Assembly (NCBI GenBank): GCA_030770535.1
Contig: JASVEC010000015.1
Span: forward strand, 62,001-126,000
Length of the DNA stretch: 64,000 nucleotides
Reading direction: 5' to 3'
DNA from: Batkoa obscura
Lineage: Eukaryota
Shown: piece by piece, positions 28,542 through 40,423 of the stretch
Layout of the letters: each line of letters starts with the position of its first letter
Numbering within the stretch: the first letter of the stretch is position 1
Notes under the pieces: model-generated
Seen by the model: the letters and a program-made list of their open reading frames with translations, nothing else
Database searches by the model: none
Told to the model about the DNA's origin: nothing
Made by a program: the position numbers and the translations under genes

Positions 28542-28681
28542 TTCTTTTCTTTAAATAAAAATAATAAAAAATTAATTATTTAAATATAATATATAAACAA
28601 AATTTTACTTCTATTTGAATTATTTTATCTTAGTTTATTATTATTTATTATTTATTATTATTAATATATAAAATATTAATC

Positions 28682-29089
28682 TCAACCAAATAGATGTTCT
28701 TTAGCAGTTTGATTAACAGTACGATGATTTAAACCTTGTTTCAATTCGTGAAATTCATTTGTACTTTCTGTTTTATAACTAGAAGTATATTGAGTATTGG
28801 AAATATGTTGAGTACTTGAATTATATTGAGTATTTGAATTATATTGAGTATTTGAATTATATTGAGTATTTGAATTATATTGAGTATTTGAATTATATTG
28901 AGTATTTGAATTGTAATGATTATTAGAATCATTAATATCTGTAACTTGATTAGACATATGGACAATAGGTGGAGGTATATAAGAAATAGAACTATTTTCT
29001 TTACTATGATTACTTGTTTTATGACTACTCATTGTATTATACATTGTTTCTTGATAAAAATTACCTTTAGAATTATCATAATCATTGTC

Positions 29090-29124
<35 letters not shown>

Positions 29125-30390
29125 CAATATTAATTTGATCTGGCTCATCATTATAAGGTATACTTGGTCTTTTATAAAAATTAATTTTTTCTGTTATATC
29201 AATTTCATAAATTGGTGATTTCAAAGCATAAAGTATAATAGCTATTACTTCAACTCCAAATCCAATAAAATGTAGTGCATGAATCTATAGTTTGTTAAAT
29301 TAATAATATTATTAAATAAATATAAATATAAATATATAAGTATAAATAAAATAAAATAAAATAAAATAAGACTTACTCTAAAAGGTGAACTACCATATAA
29401 ATTCGAAACGACAATATAAAAGAATTCAATAGTAGTATAAGCTAATCCAGATAAAATAGAATTTTCACTTTTAGCTAATATAAATAAACCAATGGTACCA
29501 GTACTTCTTAATATAACTGCTAATATAAATAAAGGAGCTATAAAATAAAATAAAAGTATTAAATACTCATAATATCAAATCAAGATCATATGAACTTACT
29601 AGTTTCTGCTGTAAACCCATCAAAATTCTCCCAAGGGTTCATCAATCCAGTATAGAATAAATTAGAAGCAATTCCATATAATCCATATAATCCCAATATT
29701 TCTTCCAAATAATATTGTCGTAAACTCGCTTCTAAAGTGATATAAGTAGCTGTATAAAATACAGGCGATATTATAGATAATATAATCGCTCCTGCCAATG
29801 TTGATGCTTCTTTACTATTCACATAATTTCTTCCTGCAATTTGATTACCTCCAATTAATAAAGCTACTCCTATTAAACTAGCTAAGATACCAATGTAATG
29901 GAATAATGTATATCTTGCTTTTAATACAAAATAAGTAGCTATTAATAACAAACATGGCATCATTCCTTGAAGTAACGATAATGCTAAATAACTACCAATG
30001 CCTCGAGATTGAGCGAAAGATAAATAAGCTACCAGTTCAAAGGAGATATAAATTAATACTAAGAAATGCTTAATATAATAAATTATAATAGATTATAATA
30101 AATCACTTACCGATCCAAGATCTTTTAGTAATCATATAACCAAAATTTGTTTTGCCATGTTTGTAAAGAGTATAAGGTAAAAATAAACCAGTTAAAAATA
30201 TACAAACACATAAAGAGTGAATTGTTGGTAAAGTTATTCCTCTCGCATATAATAAATCTTCTATATATCTAACATAACCAAAACAAAATCCACATATTAA
30301 ACATAAGATAACATTGATTAACATTCTTTTTCGCGGCTCCCAACCAGCTTCATATGGATATGGTTTTAAATTAAATAAAAAGTCCAACAT
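28682..30390 (-). CDS. Multi-exon DMT-superfamily transporter, SLC35F1/F2 (DUF914)-like, with low-complexity C-terminal tail
   Basis: ORF pieces 30103-30390, 29586-29963 and 28682-29224 linked by GT-AG introns; YFVLKARYTLFHYIGI and EEILGLYGLYG resemble SLC35F; multiple TM segments. Confidence 0.65.
28788..28912 (-). repeat. 18-nt coding tandem repeat (NTQYNS)n
   Basis: TATTGAGTATTTGAATTA repeated about 5 times, with degenerate flanking units. Confidence 0.9.
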
Positions 30391-31068
30391 TATTAAGTTG
30401 TAATAGTGAAATTAGAATTGATTGAAATTAACTGTTAAATTGAAAGAATTTAAGAAATTTTACAATTTAAATATATTAACTTAATTGGTTCTAATTGATA
30501 TCATACTTCAAGTTTTGTTCTTTTATGACTTTATTGAATCCTTGGTATTCTCCACTTTTTATAATATGTTTAATTCGAATTTAACAACCACTTAACCCTT
30601 TGACTACCAGCTCTCTCAAATTTTTGGTTTGAGTAAATCATAACGTCGTTTATTTATGCTAATTAGATCAATACCTTTTTTAAAATTCAATACTCAAAAG
30701 GTTAATTTGATTTAAACTATATAAGCAGAGTTTTATGATTTTATTTTAATTTAAAATTGTGTGTAAACACAGAGTTCATCATAATTGAATTTTGATTAAT
30801 AAAAATGAGTAGAGTTCTTACCCATAATACTTAAATGACTAAAGTAATTAAAGTAATTAAAATAATACTTATAAATTCAATAGTATTCTACAATTTTTAA
30901 TTTTCAAATAAAACATTAAAATACTATATAATGAGCTTTAGTACCCTGTTAAATTATTTTTTGTTTTTTGATATTACATTAGTAAATTTACTTCTAGTTT
31001 TTTGGTTTGTATAGAATAAAATAAAATAAAATAAAATAAAATAAAACAAAATTTTAAAATAAGCATAT

Positions 31069-31165
31069 GGGAGTGTTTTTTTGACTTCACTACTTTTTCA
31101 TTTTTTAAGCGCTATTTAAATGGAAAATTTCTTAGCAAATTTCTTAAACACAAAAATACATCCCC
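31069..31165 (-). mobile_element. MITE family A copy (reverse orientation)
   Basis: ATAT|GGGAGTGT...TTAAGCGCTATTT...ACATCCCC|ATAT. Confidence 0.93.
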
Positions 31166-32153
31166 ATATAATAAAATCTTATTTTAAACTCTTTTTCATT
31201 TTCCCTTCTCTTTTAACTTTGCTTCAAACTTTTACTATAGTTACAAAGCTTCAAAAAATTTATTTCAGATGTATAAAATTAACATTTGACAATTAAATTG
31301 TTACTTCAAACACTATTACTATCTTATCTCACAATATTCTTATATAAATTCTAATTAAAGTTATCAAGTAGAACTTATTAAAATTTAAGGTAAAGGTAAT
31401 ATACCAAAATCTAAAGCACTTCCTACTAATCACTTAGTTTTACTATTTATCTATTTCATTTTCCTTTTTTATTATGATTTAGTTTATCATTGAATTTTTC
31501 TTATTCTTAACAGTAAACATATAGGAGCTATACACTTTTAGAGTTTATTTTAAAACTTAAACTTGGTCCAAATTACAAATTAATTTAAATAAATATTAAT
31601 GCCTTTAGTGACTTATTTTTTAATCTTAATAACCCAAGAAATGAAAGTTGAATGCATTTCAGAAAGTGATATAAGGAAGATTATAAATATCCTCATTAAC
31701 TTTGATGATGTATATGCTAAATATAAATAGAAAATATAATAAAATAATGCATTTTATATGTATAGAAAGTATATAAGCAGTTGAACCTCTTTCTCTGGAT
31801 CTCTCTTTATTGAGATTTATTTATTTATTTGAAATTAAAGATACTTTTAAACTTCATTAGTTTAATTAATTTAATCCAAAGTATTAATTTTACCTTACTT
31901 TTATTTAAAAAGATTTTCAAACTTTCCATCGTTATTACTCAAGCATTGGACTTACTTTGTCTTATCTTATGTCAGCTTATCAGTTGGTACATCATTGGGC
32001 TTAAGGACTTCAAAGCCCTTAGAACTTTCATTTACAAATCTGTTATAAATAGAATTTAGTTTCAATTAAGAAATAAGTCGAAAAAATACCAAAAATGTTT
32101 GTAATAATTATTTTATTAAATTAATATGTAAATTAAACTAACTTCTTAATTAA

Positions 32154-33065
32154 CTACCAAAATTTAATACGATTATAAGACTTCTTCACTTCATTTGCAA
32201 TACCAGAATGTAATATTAAAAAAAAGCATGAGTTTGCTATTATACCAATAAAAAATAAAAATTCGCCCAATTGATTCATAACGAGTATAACCGGATTAAC
32301 ATGACCATAGATATAATGAAATATACCATTTAATAAATGGAACAAAAAGGAACCAAACATACAAGTAGTATAAACAATCAAGACAGTATTTAGTCTAATA
32401 AATATCTTTTTATACTTAGATCTTCTATTGCTCTCAGATGGATTTAAATTTGAATTTAATTCAAGCTCAACAAACTTATCCATATCTAGTATATTTTTAG
32501 CTAATTTATAATAGCAATATGAGATAATTGCTATTCCTAATAAGAAGCTAAATACTAAATAAAAATAAGTAACTGGTCCAATAATTGAATTTAATACAGA
32601 ATGTACACAAATTAATTTAGTAGCTGATGGTACCATTAGATGCTGTGTTACACTGTAAGTTGCTAATCCGATAAAGATCAACCCATTCAAATGAATTGAA
32701 AGGTATATGTATTTTGATATTTTAATCTTAGATACTACACATAACCTTTCCAGGGCTAAAAATACGTTAATTTGAATTTCATAATAATAAGCACATGTTA
32801 CAATAAATCCGAGTATTTGACAACCCAAATCAATATCTATTAAATTTATACCAACTACATAATAATGAATACGACTAATTAATGTTGTAAAAGGTATGAG
32901 ATATTCTACGAAGGCTATTGCCATTATCAATTTTAGATCTTTTGCTAATGGCTTAGGCTTAACTCGTGAACACATTAAAATTAAAAATGTATTTATACAT
33001 ACAGAAAGGATTCCTAAAACTTTACCGAAATAATTAAAATTAAAGAGGCGATCATTCTCATCCAT
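32154..33065 (-). CDS. 7TM class-A GPCR-like receptor, paralog 6
   Basis: LGCQILG, LALERL, YCYYKL, IIANSC; seven hydrophobic segments. Confidence 0.85.
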   Translation of the reverse strand: MDENDRLFNFNYFGKVLGILSVCINTFLILMCSRVKPKPLAKDLKLIMAIAFVEYLIPFTTLISRIHYYVVGINLIDIDLGCQILGFIVTCAYYYEIQINVFLALERLCVVSKIKISKYIYLSIHLNGLIFIGLATYSVTQHLMVPSATKLICVHSVLNSIIGPVTYFYLVFSFLLGIAIISYCYYKLAKNILDMDKFVELELNSNLNPSESNRRSKYKKIFIRLNTVLIVYTTCMFGSFLFHLLNGIFHYIYGHVNPVILVMNQLGEFLFFIGIIANSCFFLILHSGIANEVKKSYNRIKFW

Positions 33066-34202
33066 TTGAATACAATATAATATTAAGTTTTATAAAATTT
33101 TATAAAAGTACAAAGGTAAAAGCATTCGTTTTTATAGTTATTAATTGTCACTAAAATATTATAAAACAATTATGTTATATTATTTATATCTTTAAAGTAC
33201 CCAAAAAATTAACTATAGAATTATTGTTCCGTTAAATTTTAAATTATTTTTACTTAAATAAATTACTTATAAGTAAGTATAGTAAAACGATCAAAAATTC
33301 AGTTGAGTTTAGTAATAATGTATGGTTTGAAGATAATAACATTTAAGGTTTGATACTATTATCCACAATAACAACTTATTTTAAATAAGGGTAAATCAAA
33401 GCAGAGGACTGATTTAAAAGAAAATACCAATAAACTTAAAACAAATCTCAATTTCAAAAAATGTTTAAGAGGAGAGCGGCATTTAAGCAGATGGTAAATT
33501 TAAGTAAATATTCTAACTAAATCAATAATTTAATTAAATCTATATTTTATTTTTGTTTTTAATATTTTATTAATTAGTGGTTAATAGCATATTAAAGGAT
33601 ACGAGTATGTAGTATATTTACAATGGTTTAATTATATACTAATTTTCAAAATTGGTCTAGATGATAAATGATTATATTTAAAGCTAAGTAAATAGAAATA
33701 ATAGAAACAAAATTTAGTTGCTCTAATCAAAATTAGATTTTATTTATATAATTAAATGTTTCAAAATTTTACTTTTTTATACTAAAAAGAAAAATATTGT
33801 TTTAATAATAATATTTTTTGTTTAAATTTGAGTTGATTTTGTTTAAAAGACAATAATTTTAGAATCTTATTTTACATTATTACTTTTGCTTACAATTTTT
33901 TTAATCTTAAACTTAAAAAAGGGTAAGTGATTTATTAAATTCCAACAGTTTATAAAAAAGATTAAGTGGTCATTTAGAAAATGCCTCAATGCCATAAATA
34001 TTCTTGCTTTAGCTTTTAATAGTTTACTAAATAACATTAATTTACACAATGCATTATTCAAAGTAAAGATGAAAGTCCAAAAAGTCAATCATTGTGTCCC
34101 TTACTATACACAGTTTATAAGACTGAATCAATAAATAGGTCAATATAATCATTATTAATAAAAATCGTTTATTAAGTAAATCCATTTCAAAAACTACTAT
34201 AT

Positions 34203-34301
34203 GGGGATGTATTTTTGTGTTTAAGGATTTTACTAATAATTTTTCTGCTCAAATGGCGCTTAAAAGGTGGAAAAAGTAATGAAACCAAAAAAAACATCCC
34301 C
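34203..34301 (+). mobile_element. MITE family A copy
   Basis: ATAT|GGGGATGT...ACATCCCC|ATAT. Confidence 0.95.
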
Positions 34302-35513
34302 ATATAGTTGAATTGTAAAAATAGTATATTTTATTTTATTTTATTTATACGCTTTAAACTGAGATATAATATCAATAGATTATACTCTAATCTATCCTTA
34401 AAAAAAGGGATATTTGAGAAATTAAAAATACAAGATTCAAACTTATCAGATAAAATCAATATTGAATCTAATTATTGTTTGAACATCCCTGACTAGATTA
34501 TCATTAAGTTGTTTGATTCTATTTTTCAAATATTTGTCTCTTTATAATATTCAACATTTATTACATCTTTAGTGAATGTTTCATTAAACAAATCGATCTT
34601 ATTATATCTTACAGAACATTTTGATTTGACATTTAATGTTATTGAGATCTTTGTAATATTTAATTCTCATTATCAATTTTAATCTTTAAAATAATATCAA
34701 AATTACTAAGTTTAAGTAAACAGCTGACTTGATTAAAAGATTTGATTATTATTTATACACATAATTATTATGATATATGGTAGTTATGGTGATATTCAGT
34801 AAAGGGCAATGATAAAGAATAAAAAGTTCCTTCCTTAGTATATTGTTATAGAACTTGACTACAGAATTCTGATTAATTGTATCATTTTCTAATAAAATTA
34901 AAATATCTATTGAAAATTACTTGTACTATTAGCCTATCTTTTATATTCAAATTAAAATATTTTCATGTAAACTCAAGGTATACTTTATTATTACAATATT
35001 TATTAAAATTCTATTTATTTTTCAAAACCTGATATAAATATTCTAATTTGAACTTTAATTTTAGTATCATAATTGAAGTCATACCCTGTTTAGAATGGTT
35101 TTATATCAAATCTGTATTATTTTTTATCTATTTCTAAAATATAACTAGTCAGTAATAGAGTAAAAGTTCAACTAAGTATTTATGAATCTGGTTATTTTTT
35201 TTACAAGGATCACACTATATCATTTTCACTTAACTAACTTTGAAATGTGTCTAGATACTTGTTAAATTCCGGTTTGATAAGTTTTAATAAACTGTTTTGT
35301 CTAATTTACATTCAGAAGATTTTAAAACTAAAATATTTTGGAGATTAAAAATAAGATAAGCTTAATGAAGATGATGTAGAATTACTACATCAAACTTGCA
35401 TTTTATTTGTGAATATTAGTACTAAATTATTTAATTATTATTAGAGATCAATGATAAATGAGTTCAACCTAATGACTCAAAATAAATCAAAACATTTAAA
35501 AAGAAACCACTTA

Positions 35514-36255
35514 ATCAGATAAAAGTAGTAAAAAGAAGATTGAAAAATAAGCATAATATTGTTTCAAATAATGATTTATACAAATATATTATTTATAGCA
35601 TCTAATTATTGAATAATGTCCTTTATTAAATTTAAGATAATCTTGATATAGCTTTATCTGATTTGAAATTTAAATGACAACTTATTTTGATGAGATAACT
35701 TTATGGGCTAAATTTGATTGGAGATAACCTGACTTAAACACTTGTCATGTGGATAAGATTATTTAGTACCTAATTAAAGTTATCACGTTAAAATATATAA
35801 TTTTAACTATTAACCCACTTAATAATAATTAATTAATGTATGTACAATATTTTCTTATTATTTCTATCATTTAGCTTTTATTATACGTTTAATATTGTAT
35901 ATAAACTATATGATTATAAATTATTGCCTATCTTAGATTATCATTAATCAGATAATTCGATGGAATTATTATTTTCTATATCAGTAATATAATTGTAATT
36001 TAATTGGACCATAGTCTAATTTATCAGATTGAAGATTTTATAATCACAAAATATAACTTTACATAACAAATTAAATAGAAGTTAACGATATTTTTAGTAA
36101 ACAATTGGATTAAGCTTATCACTTCAACTTTTGAATAGGCTTTGATCTGATTTTTATCACTAGTATGTCTATATATAGATGTTAAATCAGATAATAAAAT
36201 CCAATTTGTTTATTAAATCAGATCAATATTATAAATTTAGAATAGGATCAGATAA
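35514..36255. promoter_or_regulatory. Cluster of six perfect ATCWGATAA (SreA/Fep1-type) sites upstream of the GATA factor gene
   Basis: ATCAGATAA at 35514, 35947, 36186, 36247; reverse-strand sites TTATCTGAT at 35654 and TTATCAGAT at 36021; further GATAA cores between them; TATATAAA at ~36305. Confidence 0.75.
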
Positions 36256-36436
36256 TTTTGATTTTAAATTTTAATTTTAGCTTATTATTCCAATCAAATA
36301 GAGATATATAAATAACCCACTTTACCACCCATTGAAACAAAAATTTATCTCTTTTTTCTATTTTGAAATTTTAATTTATAACTGTTTTTTTACCTGATTG
36401 TGTTTATTTTAACCTTATATCTCCTTATTTATCATT

Positions 36437-37648
36437 ATGCCTTTAAACGAATTAGCTACTTTTGCTTCATTGATGGATCCATTACCGACCAACCACGAAT
36501 TAAATCAATCTAAAGACTCAACTTCGTGTCGTCAATCCGACAAAGTTCACAAAACTTCTAATAAGCGTAAATTGAATTCAACTAAAGGACTAACTGCTAC
36601 TTTATGCTCTAACTGCGGTACTACTAATACTCCATTATGGAGAAGAGGTGCCAATGGAGAACCATTATGTAATGCTTGTGGCCTTTATCATAAATCAAGA
36701 AATGCCAACCGCCCTATACCACAACGTAAATCTAATAAAAAAACTTGTTCTCCACCTTCCCAATCTCATGGAACATGTGCTGGAGATGGCCATTGTAATG
36801 GTACTGGAGGTTCAAGTGCTTGCTCTGGCTGTCCAGCTTTTAATCAACGTTCACGACCATCTTATATTTGCGCTAATTGTGATGCAACTACAACTCCATT
36901 ATGGCGTCGTGATGAACGTGGTAGTACTATTTGTAATGCTTGTGGGTTATATTATAAAATGCATGGCTCGCATCGCCCAATTTATATGAAAAGAACGACT
37001 ATTAAACGTCGTAAAAGATTAACTAATATTCAAGAAAACGAAATAGAAGGTGAGATATATGATGAAACTTCAACCATTCGTTCAAGTTCAACTCCACATC
37101 CTAAAGTTGGTACGATTGTACGTCGTTCAACGACACCATTAATTAGAAGCAAAAGGCCTGAAGTCCCAGCTATTGAGGATTGTTTTACTTCAAAAACAAA
37201 TGTAAATAAAAATGCAAATGATCTTCCAAAGCTTATACTTGATCTTTCTGATGATCCATTAGTTCAAAGTGATCATCCTCGCTCCCCTCGTTTCAGTATG
37301 TCAAATGGATCCATTCCACATCCAAGTCCACGATTAAATAGCTTTTCTTCCTTATCTCCTAAATTTCAAAGGGATTCTCATTATGATATTGAAAGTAATT
37401 CTGCTTATTTAAGAGAAGCTTTACTTGCACCAATCCAAAAAAGACAAATCAATAACCAATTTAACTTACCCCCTATTTCAGAAATTTGTAGAAAGGAACC
37501 ATATTATAATAATCAATTAGACCATTCTACTCTCCTTCAACATCGTGATGAATTACAAAGAGAAATGAATAACATTCATTCCCTTTTAAACAATACCAAT
37601 GCTATCTTATCTTCTTTAAACAAAATGATTGATGGTAAACAATTATAA
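36437..37648 (+). CDS. sreA: Iron-responsive GATA repressor, SreA/Fep1/Urbs1 family
   Basis: Two CxxC-x17-CNAC GATA fingers flanking the diagnostic Cys-rich [25 protein letters not shown] segment; C-terminal coiled coil. Confidence 0.92.
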   Translation: MPLNELATFASLMDPLPTNHELNQSKDSTSCRQSDKVHKTSNKRKLNSTKGLTATLCSNCGTTNTPLWRRGANGEPLCNACGLYHKSRNANRPIPQRKSNKKTCSPPSQSHGTCAGDGHCNGTGGSSACSGCPAFNQRSRPSYICANCDATTTPLWRRDERGSTICNACGLYYKMHGSHRPIYMKRTTIKRRKRLTNIQENEIEGEIYDETSTIRSSSTPHPKVGTIVRRSTTPLIRSKRPEVPAIEDCFTSKTNVNKNANDLPKLILDLSDDPLVQSDHPRSPRFSMSNGSIPHPSPRLNSFSSLSPKFQRDSHYDIESNSAYLREALLAPIQKRQINNQFNLPPISEICRKEPYYNNQLDHSTLLQHRDELQREMNNIHSLLNNTNAILSSLNKMIDGKQL

Positions 37649-37975
37649 TGTTCATATTTCTTTTCTTTAAATAAATCCTTTAAATTACATTATGTTGTCT
37701 TATTGTCAATTTGTTAATAACCTTATTACCTTTTATCAATAATGTTAAAAATAAGGATTTGATTACAAATACACTACATAAGTTTGTTTTAAATTTGAGT
37801 CTAGATTTTAACCAAAGTTATAATTCTAAATTCCATTTTATTTAAGTCAAAGTTAATTCAGTTTAATTTTTTAATGAACAGATTGCTAGGTTTAGAATAC
37901 TTTGCAGTTTGATGAGTTTGATGGCCTTTGTTTTTAATTTAGGGTTGATAAATTTTACTATGAATTTAAATATAT

Positions 37976-38074
37976 GGGGATGTTTTTTTTGAGTTCATTA
38001 CTTTTTGCACCTTTTAAGTGCTATTTGAGTGGAAAAATTGCTAGTAAAATTCTTAAATACAAAAACACATCCCC
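37976..38074 (-). mobile_element. MITE family A copy (reverse orientation)
   Basis: ATAT|GGGGATGT...ACATCCCC|ATAT. Confidence 0.95.
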
Positions 38075-38325
38075 ATATATAAAAATTTGCTATCAAACTT
38101 ATAATAAAGAAACCTGACTACAAAAGTAAAAACAACAAAAGGCATCTAGTTGTAAGCTGTTATAATAAAGTTCTATCTCATTTATTCCAAGTTTATTATA
38201 TTATATCTCTAATCTTATAAATAATCAAATGTACAATTTACTTTCACAAATGTGGTGGGTATTTCCAAAGTTTTTTAAATATCTATAATTAGTTCTTTTA
38301 GTACCTCTATGTTCTTTATTAGCTT

Positions 38326-38425
38326 AAGGATGTGTTTTTGTGTTTAAGAATTTTACTAGCAATATTTCCGCTCAAATAGTGCTTAAAAGATAGAAAAAAC
38401 CAATGAACTCAAAAAAAACATTCCC
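38326..38425 (+). mobile_element. MITE family A copy
   Basis: GCTT|AAGGATGT...ACATTCCC|GCTT; distinctive TSD GCTT. Confidence 0.9.
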
Positions 38426-38896
38426 GCTTGATGTACATACTAAACAAAAAGGAATAAAAAATCGAATTCAGTTTTTTTGATTAGTGTTGTAATATGTTAT
38501 TTCTAATATGACCACACTTCAATATGATGTCCAATTTAGGTAGTGTAAGTTTAATAAGTGGTTAAAAACTTTCACTTAAATAACAAATTAACTACTTTGC
38601 CGTTAGATAATCTTAAGTTATTCTTGGAATTAAATTGTTTTACATTCAATGTAACATTATTTATTACTCTATAGATTAAAAGCTATACATCAAGATGCTT
38701 GGCATTGTTACTTGTTTGTAATTTTTTGCAATAATATATTGGTTATAATATTTCCACTATTCTTATTGTCAACTTTACTTTACCCGAAAGTTATAGAAAA
38801 ATTAGAAAATAAAAGAGTGATATAAATATGTCTTTATTATTTATCAAAAAACCGCTCTAGATAAAATATTGTACAGCATTCGATTAAATGAACGAT

Positions 38897-39865
38897 CTAA
38901 TTTATTTTGTCTATTTTATTTTTCCAACTACCTGAAAATAAATGCTGGACTTTAGTTTCTGGATGATAGTATCTTGATCCTTTAAATCCTTCTGTTGGTA
39001 ATATATATATATCTTTATACAGCCTTGGTCTCTGAATATTAAATTTTGTAACATCAGTAATATTAAGATAATCAAGAATAGCATCGGACCAAATCCCAGG
39101 TCCTGTCCAATCTAAAACATCACAATCACTTCGATTCCTCTTTACAATCATTTTTGGAGTAATATCTTTAATTCTATTAATAACGTTCCATAGTATTGGA
39201 TGTCCTTTAACTGATGAAAAAGTCCATTGAATAAATTGGACTCCTCTTGCATAGTCATTAGGCTTTTCACATTTAAAATTAATATCTGCATTATAAGCTT
39301 CAATTGAAATAATCATATTTACGCCTGGGGCTCTATTGTTCCATGTATCAATCGGAGTAACGCATAAAGTGTCTGTATCCGTATAAGTACCACCATATAA
39401 ATACAAAGCAATATACCTAAAGTAATCCGCTTTAAGTACAGGTATTGGGAGAGATTTAAAGGCATCGTAAATATCCTTTGGCATATTTATGCGTACAATA
39501 TTATCAATTTCAACATCATTATAAATCTTTATTTTATAGAATGGGTTGTGGGTTCTCCATGAGACTAAAATACCATAATCAACATCTTTTCTATCTCGCG
39601 CTGTCATGTAAATTGACTTTGGCATTCGCATTTTTCTATCTGTTAATCTGGCTTTCCTTGGTTTTCTATTTAACCTTTTTGCTGAGTTCTGATTAAGTAC
39701 CATTTCTCTTTTAATTATTTGCTTGGGTTGTTCAGTTTTAAACAGTTGATTATTTAATGTCTGTTTCATTTTCTCTTCTGAAACTATTAAAGTAATTGAT
39801 ATTATAGTAATAATTACAAGGGTGATAATTATACTAAAAGGTCTGAATCTGCCACTTAAAACCAT
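38897..39865 (-). CDS. GT32 alpha-1,6-mannosyltransferase, Och1/Hoc1-like
   Basis: Type II N-terminal TM; KADYFRYIALYLYGGTYTDTDT (DxD motif); QWT, GHP, WTGPGIWSDA, HLFSGSWK. Confidence 0.9.
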   Translation of the reverse strand: MVLSGRFRPFSIIITLVIITIISITLIVSEEKMKQTLNNQLFKTEQPKQIIKREMVLNQNSAKRLNRKPRKARLTDRKMRMPKSIYMTARDRKDVDYGILVSWRTHNPFYKIKIYNDVEIDNIVRINMPKDIYDAFKSLPIPVLKADYFRYIALYLYGGTYTDTDTLCVTPIDTWNNRAPGVNMIISIEAYNADINFKCEKPNDYARGVQFIQWTFSSVKGHPILWNVINRIKDITPKMIVKRNRSDCDVLDWTGPGIWSDAILDYLNITDVTKFNIQRPRLYKDIYILPTEGFKGSRYYHPETKVQHLFSGSWKNKIDKIN

Positions 39866-40287
39866 GGTAGTTTTATATTAAAAATAATTTTTTATAAAAT
39901 TAAAATCAAATGTTTCTATATTACTTGCAATTTAGCTCTATTTATTACAAAATCATGGAACAATTACAATATACCTAAATGGTAAACAAATATAGGGATA
40001 AAGATAGTACAATTATTAGATAAGAGTTATATTCTTATATTATTTACAAAGATATAACTGACACAGAGGCAATTGTTCTAATATTTTTTTTAATTTTTAA
40101 GAATATTTAATTTAAAGCTGCTTATTTTCATCAACTTGCTTAAAACGGGGTATTGCAATGTTCTATTGTATTAGATAATTTCACTATTTAATATATTAGT
40201 TTTTGAGTTCCTATCCAACTTATTTTAATTAATAAAGTGATTATTGCTAATTTTACATTTTATTACTATTATTAAATTATAGGCTAT

Positions 40288-40383
40288 GGGAGTGTATTTT
40301 CTTGTTCAAGAATTTTACTAACAATTACTCTACTTAAATAGTGTTTAAAAAATGGAAAAAGTGACAAAACTAAAAACATACAG
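40288..40383 (+). mobile_element. MITE family A copy, degenerate right end
   Basis: CTAT|GGGAGTGTATTTT...AAGAATTTTACTAACAA...AAATAGTGTTTAAAAAATGGAAAAAG...; right TIR decayed. Confidence 0.75.
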
Positions 40384-40423
40384 ATATTTGATCAATCATA
40401 AAGTTAATTTAATCAAAGTATTT

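Noticed and set aside
28741..29218. ORFs 28741-28965 (IIQILN repeats) and 28916-29218
   Set aside because: Alternate frames of the 18-nt repeat and AAT runs within the transporter's last exon.
16202..33065. 7TM proteins as opsins
   Set aside because: TM7 has no lysine at the retinal-binding position (Leu/Phe six residues before the conserved Asn).
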